Assembly (NCBI GenBank): GCA_017635415.1
Contig: JAGBLM010000072.1
Location: 13,089-77,088 of the forward strand
Origin: Succinivibrio sp.
GTDB lineage: Bacteria > Pseudomonadota > Gammaproteobacteria > Enterobacterales > Succinivibrionaceae
Length of the DNA: 64,000 nucleotides
Reading direction: 5' to 3'
This document shows positions 52,237 to 61,569 of this stretch, one piece after another (within the stretch, counting starts at the first letter, position 1; the number at the start of each line of letters is the position of its first letter). Under the pieces are notes generated by a model. That model was not told where the DNA came from and ran no database searches. It worked only from the letters and a program-made list of their open reading frames with translations. The translations under genes and the position numbers were made by a program.

Positions 52237-52695
52237 ATGTCAGATATTGAAAACGACGATATCGCAAAGAATGAAGATAATCTTGCCCCTCCTCCGGGAA
52301 GCGATTATGAAGTTGCTTTTACATATCACTCAGATACACAACTCGAAAGAGCTTATGATAAGGCTGATCATTGGGTTAAAGCTGGCGTGCGTCCGAACAA
52401 GATCTTTTTGGAAGATCGTTCGATGGGTGTTATCAATTTCCGTAAGGTAATGAAAGATCCTCTTCTGATTGAAGCAGGTGTTGAGCGTATGGTTGATTTC
52501 CGTTGTTCGCTGACATTATCTGATACTGATGTTGATGCTGTTTTCTCAAGCGTCTGCTATTATGAGAGCGGTACTGAACCGACTTATATCAATGCGTATG
52601 ACCCTGAATTAAACAGTATTAAAGAGGTTTTGAACATGGTAAGTAACAATTTGTTTACTTATCTGCAGAAGCCTCTTATGCATGCTGATGCTTAA
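52237..52695 (+). CDS. Hypothetical protein (possibly DUF4468-like)
   Basis: ATG after AGGAG; AYDKADHWV...IFLEDRSMGVI pattern; family match is weak. Confidence 0.7.
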   Translation: MSDIENDDIAKNEDNLAPPPGSDYEVAFTYHSDTQLERAYDKADHWVKAGVRPNKIFLEDRSMGVINFRKVMKDPLLIEAGVERMVDFRCSLTLSDTDVDAVFSSVCYYESGTEPTYINAYDPELNSIKEVLNMVSNNLFTYLQKPLMHADA

Positions 52696-52907
52696 GGAAA
52701 TGTGGTAACGTAGGATATTATCCTTGTCACCTTTCGGGAGACTTTTGTTTATGGTTTCCCGATTTGGGACTGCCTGTGAGATGAAAAGTTTATCTTCAGG
52801 TGACTGTGACCTGTTATAAATGCAGTGCTAAGCATGAGTCTTTGGCGCCGCATTCGTGTAAACTAGATTAGATATTTTTTAGTTCTCCTTATGTACGGAG
52901 TAATACT

Positions 52908-54083
52908 GTGCCTAAATTAAAAAAGTCTTCCGCTGCTATTCTGACCTGTTTTTCCGCAGCGCTGATGGCTCTCGGTGGATGTTCTACCGTTAAAGAATAC
53001 TGGCAGATTTATACAAAAGATCTTATAACAACTCAGCGCGAACCGACCGGTTACTATGAGCATACAGAGACCAAGGACGTCAGAAATGACCTCAAGATCC
53101 CGGCAGGTTTGCAGGATCCGATAAAGGATAGGACCCTTGAGATTCCTGAATTACCAGCTAACGCTGTTGATGGTCCTGTTGGTGAGAAGATGGATGTCAG
53201 ATCGCCTATTGCTCCTCTGCGTTCTGAGCTGGGGATCCGCTCTCAGTGGAGTAACGGTGAGGCCATAGTATGGTTTGAATCAGGCGGTGCTCACGGTGTT
53301 TATGATGAAAGCGGGGCCTGGGAACTGTTAGGGAGAACTCTCAAGCGCATGAAAATCGAGCCGGGCAAGATCACGGACGGTGCTTATGAACTGACGACTC
53401 TTGCCGCTGATTTTGACGAGTTTGGCGCTCCGTACAGTGCTGCGGATCTTGGTGCAAAAGCCTTAAGGTACAGTCAGATCTACAGAATTCGTATCGGCAG
53501 AGGCGCCGATGGCTCTCTGGGCATTGCCACGCAATTGATTGGTTCGATGACTATGTTGTCCAGCGGTCATATGATGGCCAATGTTCTGGACCCGATCGAG
53601 TTGCAGCGTTTTGCCATGGGCTTCTCAAACCACTTTATTCATGAACTTGAGAACGAAAGCAGGGCAAAGAGTCAGCTGCCTGATCAGGTTTCTATTACCA
53701 TAGGTCGTGACAGCAACAATGAAGAATGCTATGTGGTTGATGCTCCTTACGAAGCAACGTGGAACTCGCTACGCAGCATGTTGCCGAAATATCACTGGAC
53801 TATCAAGGAATACTCAGTTACCAAAGGTCAGATTCAGCTTGATGTTGAAGAAGAGGATGCTGCGTTCTACCACAAGTTAGGCGTGGATTCATTTGCTATT
53901 GAGGATGGCAAGTACATTATCAGAGTTGGAACTGAGCAAGGCAAGAGTTTGATTACTTTCTATGACAAGAATGACAAACCTCTGGCTTCTCATCTGGTTA
54001 ACCGCATTTACAGTGGCTTCTCTCAGGCTCTGATTAAAGAGCTTGCACTATATAGGGAATCATTACTAAAAAATTCTCGATAG
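52908..54083 (+). CDS. bamC: Outer membrane assembly lipoprotein BamC-like
   Basis: Lipobox LGGC, DLKIPAGL, GPVGEKMDVRSP; directly upstream of purC. Confidence 0.75.
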   Translation: MPKLKKSSAAILTCFSAALMALGGCSTVKEYWQIYTKDLITTQREPTGYYEHTETKDVRNDLKIPAGLQDPIKDRTLEIPELPANAVDGPVGEKMDVRSPIAPLRSELGIRSQWSNGEAIVWFESGGAHGVYDESGAWELLGRTLKRMKIEPGKITDGAYELTTLAADFDEFGAPYSAADLGAKALRYSQIYRIRIGRGADGSLGIATQLIGSMTMLSSGHMMANVLDPIELQRFAMGFSNHFIHELENESRAKSQLPDQVSITIGRDSNNEECYVVDAPYEATWNSLRSMLPKYHWTIKEYSVTKGQIQLDVEEEDAAFYHKLGVDSFAIEDGKYIIRVGTEQGKSLITFYDKNDKPLASHLVNRIYSGFSQALIKELALYRESLLKNSR

Positions 54084-54098
54084 TGTTTGTAAAATGAT

Positions 54099-54146
54099 AA
54101 AATGTCGGCCGTAGAATTCGGAAGTATTCTACGACCGACATTTTTT
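54099..54146 (+). terminator. Terminator hairpin between bamC and purC
   Basis: AAAATGTCGGCCGTAGAAT...ATTCTACGACCGACATTTTTT. Confidence 0.75.
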
Positions 54147-54182
54147 ATGCGCTGTTAATTATTTTTCAGGACTTTATTCAAA

Positions 54183-54896
54183 ATGGAAAAGAAGCAGGAA
54201 CTTTATCGTGGCAAAGCCAAGTCAGTTTTCGCCACTGACGATCCAGATCATTACATCATGTTGTATCGTGATGATACATCAGCATTTGATGGCAAGGTCA
54301 TCAAACAGTTGGATCGTAAAGGAAAGACTAATAACCACTTCAACTATTTCATTATGAAAAAGCTTGAAGAAGCAGGCATCCCTGTACATGTCGAAGAACT
54401 TTTAAGTGATACGGAGTGTCTGGTCAAAAAACTGGATATGGTTCCGGTCGAGTGTGTTGTTCGCAATGTCAGTGCCGGTTCTGTCTGCCGTCGTCTCGGT
54501 GTTGAAGAAGGAAAGGATTTAAATCCTCCGACCTTTGAGTTTTTCCTCAAAAACGATGAACTTCACGACCCGATGGTAAATGACTCTCATATAATTGCCT
54601 TTGGCTGGGGTACTCAGGAACAGATTGATGAAATGAGAAAGCTCTCTTTTAAGATCAATACCATCTTAAAGGAACTTTTCGATAAGGCCGGTCTGATCTT
54701 GGTTGACTATAAACTCGAGTTTGGTCTGTATCACGGTCAGATTATGCTTGGCGACGAGTTTTCTCCTGACGGCTGCCGCCTGTGGGACAAGGAAACCCGT
54801 AAGAAATTGGACAAAGACCGTTTCCGTCAGGGCTTAGGTGGTGTTATTGAGGCATATGAGGAAGTTGCTCGTCGTATCGGCTGCCCTCTGGACTGA
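54183..54896 (+). CDS. purC: SAICAR synthetase
   Basis: [27 protein letters not shown]. Confidence 0.97.
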   Translation: MEKKQELYRGKAKSVFATDDPDHYIMLYRDDTSAFDGKVIKQLDRKGKTNNHFNYFIMKKLEEAGIPVHVEELLSDTECLVKKLDMVPVECVVRNVSAGSVCRRLGVEEGKDLNPPTFEFFLKNDELHDPMVNDSHIIAFGWGTQEQIDEMRKLSFKINTILKELFDKAGLILVDYKLEFGLYHGQIMLGDEFSPDGCRLWDKETRKKLDKDRFRQGLGGVIEAYEEVARRIGCPLD

Positions 54897-54914
54897 TAAA
54901 TAACGTCTTGTTTA

Positions 54915-54949
54915 AAAACCCGTGATTAGATTGATTTGTCACGGGTTTT
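54915..54949 (+). terminator. Terminator after purC
   Basis: AAAACCCGTGA...TCACGGGTTTT. Confidence 0.75.
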
Positions 54950-54954
54950 ACTAT

Positions 54955-54981
54955 TTAATAAATGAGATTCTCTGCCGATAA
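54955..54981 (+). promoter_or_regulatory. Sigma-28 promoter of the flagellin gene
   Basis: TTAA-N15-GCCGATAA, with an exact -10 consensus. Confidence 0.85.
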
Positions 54982-55030
54982 TCAAAGATAAGAGATAGTA
55001 ATATTAATACAATTACTCAGGCAGAGAGAA

Positions 55031-55936
55031 ATGGCGTTGTATATATCAAACATAGCGTCGTTGCGTGCGCAGAACTCCTTCAATAAGACCACCAGGGCTC
55101 TTGATACCACTTATCAGAGACTGTCAACCGGTCTTAGGATTAATTCTGCCAAAGACGATGCGGCAGGATTACAAATCGCCAACCGTATGACTTCTCAAAT
55201 CAATGGGTTAAAGCAGGCCAACCGTAATGCAAGTGACGGTGTAGCGCTTGCTCAGACCATTGAAGGTGCCCTCGATGAAATAACCAATATGCTGCAAAAG
55301 ATTCGAACTTTGTCGATACAGGCGGCGAACGGGGTAAATACAACGGCCGACAGACTGTCAATAAATGAGGAGGTAAGGCAGTACTGCGAAGAAATTACGA
55401 GGATCTCATGCAGTACGACTTACGGTGGTGCAAAGATTTTATGCGGACTTGCCAATTCCGCAGGACACAGTACTCTGTTAGATTCCCGTGGTGCTATAAG
55501 TCTTCAGGTTGGTCCTAACGCCAATAATACAATTTCCATAACAGGGCTTGATCAGGGATTTTCTCTGTCAGCTATAGCAAATATGGCGGGGATTGCTTCG
55601 GCAACCGGTTACAATACTGATGATGGGTATGCTCGTTTTTCCATGACCTCTGCTGAGGGGGCGCAGAGTACCTTAGGAATAATAGACAGATTTATCAGCG
55701 TGGTAGACAGCAAACGCGGCAGTCTTGGAGCTGTGCAGAACAGACTTGAATCTGCCATCAGACTTAACGAAACCATGCACATAAATATGTCAGATGCCCG
55801 CTCTCGGATCATGGAAACTGATTATGCAGAAGAAGCTTCCAATCTGGCTTCTCTGTCTATTCTGCAGCAGGTTGCTGTTGCCATGATGCAAAGAATCAAC
55901 AGCAGCAAAGATATGATTTTAAAACTGCTCTCATAA
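55031..55936 (+). CDS. Flagellin (short, divergent C-terminus)
   Basis: RLSTGLRINSAKDDAAGLQIA, RGSLGAVQNRLE, SRIMETDYAEE. Confidence 0.95.
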   Translation: MALYISNIASLRAQNSFNKTTRALDTTYQRLSTGLRINSAKDDAAGLQIANRMTSQINGLKQANRNASDGVALAQTIEGALDEITNMLQKIRTLSIQAANGVNTTADRLSINEEVRQYCEEITRISCSTTYGGAKILCGLANSAGHSTLLDSRGAISLQVGPNANNTISITGLDQGFSLSAIANMAGIASATGYNTDDGYARFSMTSAEGAQSTLGIIDRFISVVDSKRGSLGAVQNRLESAIRLNETMHINMSDARSRIMETDYAEEASNLASLSILQQVAVAMMQRINSSKDMILKLLS

Positions 55937-55979
55937 CAAATCCTTCAGCTTGTTTTTTATTTTGTTTTACAAATTTTAT

Positions 55980-56397
55980 CAGTTCCGCCGAAATACCCCC
56001 CAGTATAAACTATGGGGATGTAAGGCGGATAAAAAGTAAACAATAATAAGTATATACATATGATTGGTACAGATTTAGCAAGACTTGCTTTCAAATCTAA
56101 ACTGAAACCTAATGGTGAGCAGCGGCGTTTTTTCAGCATAGCCTGCCATGTATGCGGCTATGTAGATAAAGAAAACCGACAGACTCAGTCCTTGTTTAAA
56201 TGTGCAAAGCGCGGTCATACTGAATGATGTGAACGCAAGTAAAAATATAAAAGGGCAGGACTTGCCCGGCTTACTCGCCTGGTGAACTGCAACAGCAGTC
56301 TACAGCGAAAAACCCCAGAGACCTGGTTGACACTTGAAAAAAATTTGTCAGCGGTCGGTATTGAATCCCCTGGCGTCAGCCATGGGGAGTAAGTCAA
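55980..56397 (+). mobile_element. Non-autonomous IS200/IS605-family element with internally deleted tnpB
   Basis: Left-end hairpin CCCCCAGTATAAACTATGGGG after TTTAT; right end GAATCCCCTGGCGTCAGCCATGGGGAGTAAGTCAA; tnpB fragments between them. Confidence 0.85.
56060..56272 (+). pseudogene. tnpB: tnpB remnant
   Basis: AFKSKLKPNGEQRRFF joined in frame to CHVCGYVDKENRQTQSLFKCAKRGHTE*, then frameshifted DVNASKNIK and AGLARL. Confidence 0.85.
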
Positions 56398-56526
56398 ATA
56401 ATTGCTTTATGCCACCGTACAAGTGTGGCACAATGCATTTAATTTTTATCACGAATTTTTCATAAGGTCATTTGCCTAATCTGACAGAAAACTCTACGAA
56501 AGCGGAGGTCTGTAACGGAGGATATC

Positions 56527-57213
56527 ATGCGTGCTGTTTTTGTTACCGGTACCGGCACCGATATAGGTAAGACATACGTAAGTGCGGTTATTGCCAGGAC
56601 TCTTCATGAAAGACATTTGAAAATCGGATACTATAAGGCCGCTGTCAGCGGTGCCGATTCTATTGAGCAGTCCGATGCGGGATTTGTAAATACATATGCC
56701 TCATTGGGACAGGATAACAATACGTTATTGTCCTATCTGTATAAGAGGCCTTTGTCTCCCCATTTGGCCGCCAGATATGAGCAGCGTTTTGCAGATCTTG
56801 ATTCTATCAAAAAAAGTTTCCTGTCCCTGAGCAGATCCTATGATTACGTGCTTTCTGAAGGGGCCGGCGGGATTGTTTGTCCGGTGGTCTATGAACCTGA
56901 TTTAAAACTGATGTATTCGGACATCTTAAAGTCGTTTGGTATTCCTACACTGGTAGTTGCTGATGCGGGACTTGGCACAATCAATCATACGGTGCTAACC
57001 ATTTCATATCTGAAAAAATTAGGCATTACGGTCAATGGAGTGATCTTAAACCGTTATGATGAAGAGAACATGATGCATTGTGACAACCTCACCATGATAG
57101 AGCAGTTAAGTGAGGTGAACGTGATAGGCGTGCTGCCGTTTGGTTCTGCATCCATAAAAGAACTGAAAAAGCCTCTGGAGGAATATTTTGAAGAACCTAA
57201 ACAATCTCGTTGA
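56527..57213 (+). CDS. bioD: Dethiobiotin synthetase
   Basis: VTGTGTDIGKT, SPHLAA, EGAGG, LGTINH. Confidence 0.95.
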   Translation: MRAVFVTGTGTDIGKTYVSAVIARTLHERHLKIGYYKAAVSGADSIEQSDAGFVNTYASLGQDNNTLLSYLYKRPLSPHLAARYEQRFADLDSIKKSFLSLSRSYDYVLSEGAGGIVCPVVYEPDLKLMYSDILKSFGIPTLVVADAGLGTINHTVLTISYLKKLGITVNGVILNRYDEENMMHCDNLTMIEQLSEVNVIGVLPFGSASIKELKKPLEEYFEEPKQSR

Positions 57214-58555
57214 AGATGACCTGAGGATGATATGGCATCCTGCGGCGCAGATGAAGGAATACAACGAGGATTTTCCGCCTGTCCCGGTTGTCTCGGGTCA
57301 CGGCTGTTATCTTCAGACGGCGGATGGCAGAGAAATAATCGATATTGTCAGTTCCTGGTGGTGTAACCTTTTAGGTCACTGCAATGCCGATATAACTGAG
57401 GCCCTGTGTGCCCAGGCTCATACCCTAGAACATGTAATTTTTGCAAATATGACTCATCCCTGGGCTGTTGAACTTGCAAGAGAACTTTTGAAGATTCTGC
57501 CCCGTGGACTGACCCATTTTAATTTTGGCGATAATGGCTCGTCCTCAGTGGAAATGGCTCTGAAAATGGCTTTTCAGTATCAGTACCAGACTGGAAACCG
57601 CAGAAAAATAAAATTTGCCTGTCTTTCTGAAGGCTATCACGGTGAAACTATAGGCGCGCTGTCAGTTGGCAGCATGGATCTCTATGCCAGAATGTTCAGG
57701 CCTATGATGATGAACAATCTACATATTGAGGCTCCTGACTGTTTCAGATGTCCGTACGGCTGTGACAGATGTACTTGCTCTGTTCCGTGTATTGAAAAAG
57801 CAAGAAAGGCTTTTGCGGAACACGGTGAGGAACTGTGTGCTCTGATTGTCGAGCCGCTCCTGCAGGGGGCTGCCGGGATGAGAATGTATCCTGCTTCCTA
57901 TCTTAAAGCCTTGCGTCAGCTGTGTGATGAATACGGGGTTTTGCTTATTGCCGACGAGATAGCAACAGGTTTTGGGCGTACAGGAACCATGTTTGCCTGT
58001 CAGCAGGCCGGTATAACTCCAGATCTGATGACTTTGTCAAAGGCTATAACCGGAGGTTATATGCCGATGTCGGTAGTCTGTGCTACAGAAAATGTTTACA
58101 GGGCATTTTATGCTGACTACAAAGAAGGCAAGGCCTTTGTCCATTCGCATACCTATGCGGGAAATCCTTTGGCCTGTTCGTGTGCTCTTGCCGTTCTTAA
58201 AGTTTTAAGACGTGATCATATTTTAGAGAAAGCGAGTGAAAATGCGACCTGGCTTAATGATCGTTTTGTAGATGAATTCGGGAACTTTGCTGAAGTCGGT
58301 GAAATACGTCATCTGGGACTGATCAACGCCGTTGAACTTGTTGCCGATAAAAACACGAAAAAACCGTTTGAGAGTGGGTTACGCATTGGTTATAAACTTT
58401 ACAAGGAGGCTCTTCATAACGGTCTGCTGCTCCGTAATATCGGAGATATCTTTTATTTTAATCCCCCTCTTAATATTGAGCGGGAAGATCTTGATAAAGC
58501 CCTTGGTATTGCGGTTAAATCTCTCAAGAAGATATTATGGTCACAAAGAGTTTGA
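57188..58555 (+). CDS. bioA: DAPA aminotransferase
   Basis: WHP, SSWWCNLLGH, DEIATGFGRTG, HSHTYAGNP. Confidence 0.95.
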   Translation: MKNLNNLVEDDLRMIWHPAAQMKEYNEDFPPVPVVSGHGCYLQTADGREIIDIVSSWWCNLLGHCNADITEALCAQAHTLEHVIFANMTHPWAVELARELLKILPRGLTHFNFGDNGSSSVEMALKMAFQYQYQTGNRRKIKFACLSEGYHGETIGALSVGSMDLYARMFRPMMMNNLHIEAPDCFRCPYGCDRCTCSVPCIEKARKAFAEHGEELCALIVEPLLQGAAGMRMYPASYLKALRQLCDEYGVLLIADEIATGFGRTGTMFACQQAGITPDLMTLSKAITGGYMPMSVVCATENVYRAFYADYKEGKAFVHSHTYAGNPLACSCALAVLKVLRRDHILEKASENATWLNDRFVDEFGNFAEVGEIRHLGLINAVELVADKNTKKPFESGLRIGYKLYKEALHNGLLLRNIGDIFYFNPPLNIEREDLDKALGIAVKSLKKILWSQRV

Positions 58556-58576
58556 ATATCGTGAGACGGTTTTGAG

Positions 58577-58981
58577 TTGAATTTTCTTCGTAAATGCAAA
58601 GTCGCCGTAAACAGCATGATCTTTACCGTGGTGCTTTCCGGTACTGCAGCTTCATTGTGCGGACTTGATTTCTATGTCGCAGATCTCTTTGAGGTACTGG
58701 TAAAAAGAACAATGTCCTTGGATGGAAACGCGCAACTGCCTATTGATGATTTTTTTATCAATATGGGAATTCACAGTGTGGCTCTGACTGTTTTCTTTGC
58801 TCTGTGTCTGCTGTACTGGGGTTATTATGTGTTTGTTATCCTCCTGTTAATAAAGAATAAACTGGGAAGAATCTTTTTTCATTCCCGGTTGAAAACGCGG
58901 AATGAGGAACTACCGACGATGCGGTATTCGCAGGAGAGATTGTTTGAAGAGCCGCAAGAACAGCGTAAATTTGATGAATAG
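58577..58981 (+). CDS. Hypothetical membrane protein
   Basis: Two hydrophobic segments; tightly packed between bioA and the Sel1 gene. Confidence 0.55.
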   Translation: MNFLRKCKVAVNSMIFTVVLSGTAASLCGLDFYVADLFEVLVKRTMSLDGNAQLPIDDFFINMGIHSVALTVFFALCLLYWGYYVFVILLLIKNKLGRIFFHSRLKTRNEELPTMRYSQERLFEEPQEQRKFDE

Positions 58982-59008
58982 CATCTGCGTGATTTCGGAG
59001 TAGTTTTT

Positions 59009-61561
59009 ATGTCAAACAGCAAAGGGTCTAAAGGACTGTTGTTCAAACTTTCCAAACTTGAGCATGGTATTTTGGGAGTCACTGAAAACAAAAAGAAGGA
59101 ACAGCCGCAGGATTACCTTTTAAAGTCTATAGAACTGTTGAACAGCAATGGCGTAGATCTGAACAGGAATGATGCGGATCCGCAGCAAAGTATAGATTAT
59201 CTTTTTGACGCCATGTATTGGACCACTCTTGAAACCTTGTGCGGCAGCAATAAAAAAGATGCTAAAGAAACGTTGAAAGCCATGGTCAGGGGGCATGCCG
59301 AACTTGCGATGGGGGCAATGCAGAGGGTCAATCCTGAGGCGCTCAATAGAATCTTTAAAAGCAGAAAAAGTGCAGTTGATATGCTGAACAAGGTTGAGGA
59401 TGAACTGCACCATTTTTACAACGAGAATTATAAGGACACTCTGAACATAACGTTGCCGGATTTCTTCCTCTTTTATGTGGATCTGGTGAACAGGAAATTC
59501 AGTGAGGATGGCATCTATGAATTTTCCTTTACCGATCCTGAGATTGAGTTTGGTATTACTGCTGATACTGCAGAATCGTATCTGATAGAAATTTCCAGGA
59601 ATCTGTGCTACGAACTGCTGTTAAATGAAAATAATCTGTGCAGAAATGAACTTATTATAGGTATACCATCAGGAGTCGCCTATCGTGTCGGAATGGCCTA
59701 CTATCGGGGAGATTGTCTCAAACTGGATCACGAAAAAGCTTATTACTGGATTGGTTATGCAGCAATAACCGGTGATTTCAGAGCTAAACTGGCTTTTTCT
59801 CTCTTTTTTGGTAGCTTTGATTTATATGAAAGCAACGCTTTTGAAGATTATTTCAAAGTAGTCTCGAATCTGGCTGCCTGCGCCAGTAGCGCAAGAGAGT
59901 ATGGGGCAATTCAGCCAAGTACCAGTCTTGATTACGTCTGCAATGGTGTGATTAGACATTTTGACAGAGATCTGCTGTGCAATCTCATTAATCTGCTTGA
60001 TTATTTTATGCAGAACGGTAAAAACTCTCTAGTTGAATATTACCTGTCTCCGGGTAACTGGCTGCTCTCGGAGCTTTGTCGTCTTTGTGAGCATAACAAG
60101 AAAGCAGATCTCGAACCGGAAATGTGCGCCGCTATAGCAGTTTATTACGAACTGGCTGATGACTATATCAAGAATCTGCTGAGAACCTCGATGATTGAGG
60201 GCAGATATCTGAAGAAGAACATTCACTCTGATGAAAAGGTTATAAAAGCGTTGCTTGATGACGGTATCAAAGCAGGAAATTACGCCTGCCAGAATACATA
60301 TATTCATAGCAAGGCCTTTAGTTTCTCGGATAGTTCCCTAATGCCGATTATGGAAGCGCTGGCGGCACAGGGTGATGGTCGCGCAGCCTTTGGTATAGGT
60401 GCCAGATACTGGAATGGTGAAGACATTGAAAGGAATAAGGAAGTGGCAGCCTCGTGGTGGCAGAAGTCTGCTGAGATGGGGTATGGCTTTGCTCTTTTTA
60501 ATTATGCTTTATCTCAACTGCTCTCAGGCAATAATGCCAAGGCTTCCTCGCTGGCACAGAAGGCTGCGGAAGACGGGGTGGTTTTTTCTTTTTATATTCT
60601 TTACCGGGCAGAAAGAAAACGCAATCCAAGACTGGCCTATACCTATTTGAGATACGCAGCAGAATATCTGTTTCCTGCTGCGGTGGCTGAACTGGAACTG
60701 ACTCGTCAGGAGGAGATTTATGAACCGCTTCCGTTCATGCAGACCATAGAGAAGATCGAGTCGCTGACCAAATATAGTCTCAGTGCCTGTGTATTTATGT
60801 CGTATCTTTATGATTCGTCAGGACTTTTACCTGAAGATCAGTTTATGAGCATGAAATGGGTAAGGCGTGGAGTGGAACTTGGTGATGATGTGTCCTTTCA
60901 CGAACTTAACCATTTTTATAACGAATGTTTTGCGGCCAAGCGGGAGGGGTATCACATTCGGAGTATGCAGAATGCACTCTTGGATATGCATAAGTATTTT
61001 ATGTCAACTGCCGGGGCTGTTGACAGCAATGCTTCAAAGGTTAAGGAACTCATCAGAAAATGTTATGAACAGCTGGCAAACGGAACAACCAGATTTGAGC
61101 GTGAACTCTTTGTAAACAGTGTTGAGCACGGGTTCTGGACCAGAAACGGCATTGATATCAGCCTAGAAAAGACTATGTCATCATACAGAGATGAATCATA
61201 TTTCTGCGCTCTGAAAATGTACAACGAACTGCTAAGTTCGCAGTGGGGGGATGACTCCGACCGGACTTTAGATGATGGCATTGAACGCAGAGCAGATAAC
61301 ATTGAGTTTTCCCAACTCAGAAAAGATGATAAACGACCTATAGCGATTACCTCCCTGGCGCTAACCTGTATCCGCGGAATGACAGTGGCTCCTGATTTTG
61401 TGCAGTTTAAAAAACTATCGATTCGTGGTAAAAATTGCGGGGAACCTTTCGGTCAGGTTATGACTGAACAGATTTTTGATGTATTCAAGCAGGACTCGCA
61501 ACTGCAGAAGTCTGATTTCAGGTCCTACGGTAACGTATTAGTTTCAGATCTTACACAGTAG
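59009..61561 (+). CDS. Sel1-like repeat protein
   Basis: AYRVGMAYYRG..DHEKAYYWIGYAA; AAFGIGARYWNG..AASWWQKSAEMG. Confidence 0.8.
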   Translation: MSNSKGSKGLLFKLSKLEHGILGVTENKKKEQPQDYLLKSIELLNSNGVDLNRNDADPQQSIDYLFDAMYWTTLETLCGSNKKDAKETLKAMVRGHAELAMGAMQRVNPEALNRIFKSRKSAVDMLNKVEDELHHFYNENYKDTLNITLPDFFLFYVDLVNRKFSEDGIYEFSFTDPEIEFGITADTAESYLIEISRNLCYELLLNENNLCRNELIIGIPSGVAYRVGMAYYRGDCLKLDHEKAYYWIGYAAITGDFRAKLAFSLFFGSFDLYESNAFEDYFKVVSNLAACASSAREYGAIQPSTSLDYVCNGVIRHFDRDLLCNLINLLDYFMQNGKNSLVEYYLSPGNWLLSELCRLCEHNKKADLEPEMCAAIAVYYELADDYIKNLLRTSMIEGRYLKKNIHSDEKVIKALLDDGIKAGNYACQNTYIHSKAFSFSDSSLMPIMEALAAQGDGRAAFGIGARYWNGEDIERNKEVAASWWQKSAEMGYGFALFNYALSQLLSGNNAKASSLAQKAAEDGVVFSFYILYRAERKRNPRLAYTYLRYAAEYLFPAAVAELELTRQEEIYEPLPFMQTIEKIESLTKYSLSACVFMSYLYDSSGLLPEDQFMSMKWVRRGVELGDDVSFHELNHFYNECFAAKREGYHIRSMQNALLDMHKYFMSTAGAVDSNASKVKELIRKCYEQLANGTTRFERELFVNSVEHGFWTRNGIDISLEKTMSSYRDESYFCALKMYNELLSSQWGDDSDRTLDDGIERRADNIEFSQLRKDDKRPIAITSLALTCIRGMTVAPDFVQFKKLSIRGKNCGEPFGQVMTEQIFDVFKQDSQLQKSDFRSYGNVLVSDLTQ

Positions 61562-61569
61562 AGATTGAT

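Noticed and set aside
56484-56513. GAAA-capped hairpin before bioD resembling the first stem of a c-di-GMP-I riboswitch
   Set aside because: The second stem and conserved flanks are absent, and the RBS follows immediately
58343-58350. GCCGATAA sigma-28 -10 match inside bioA
   Set aside because: No -35 TAAA at the right spacing; intragenic
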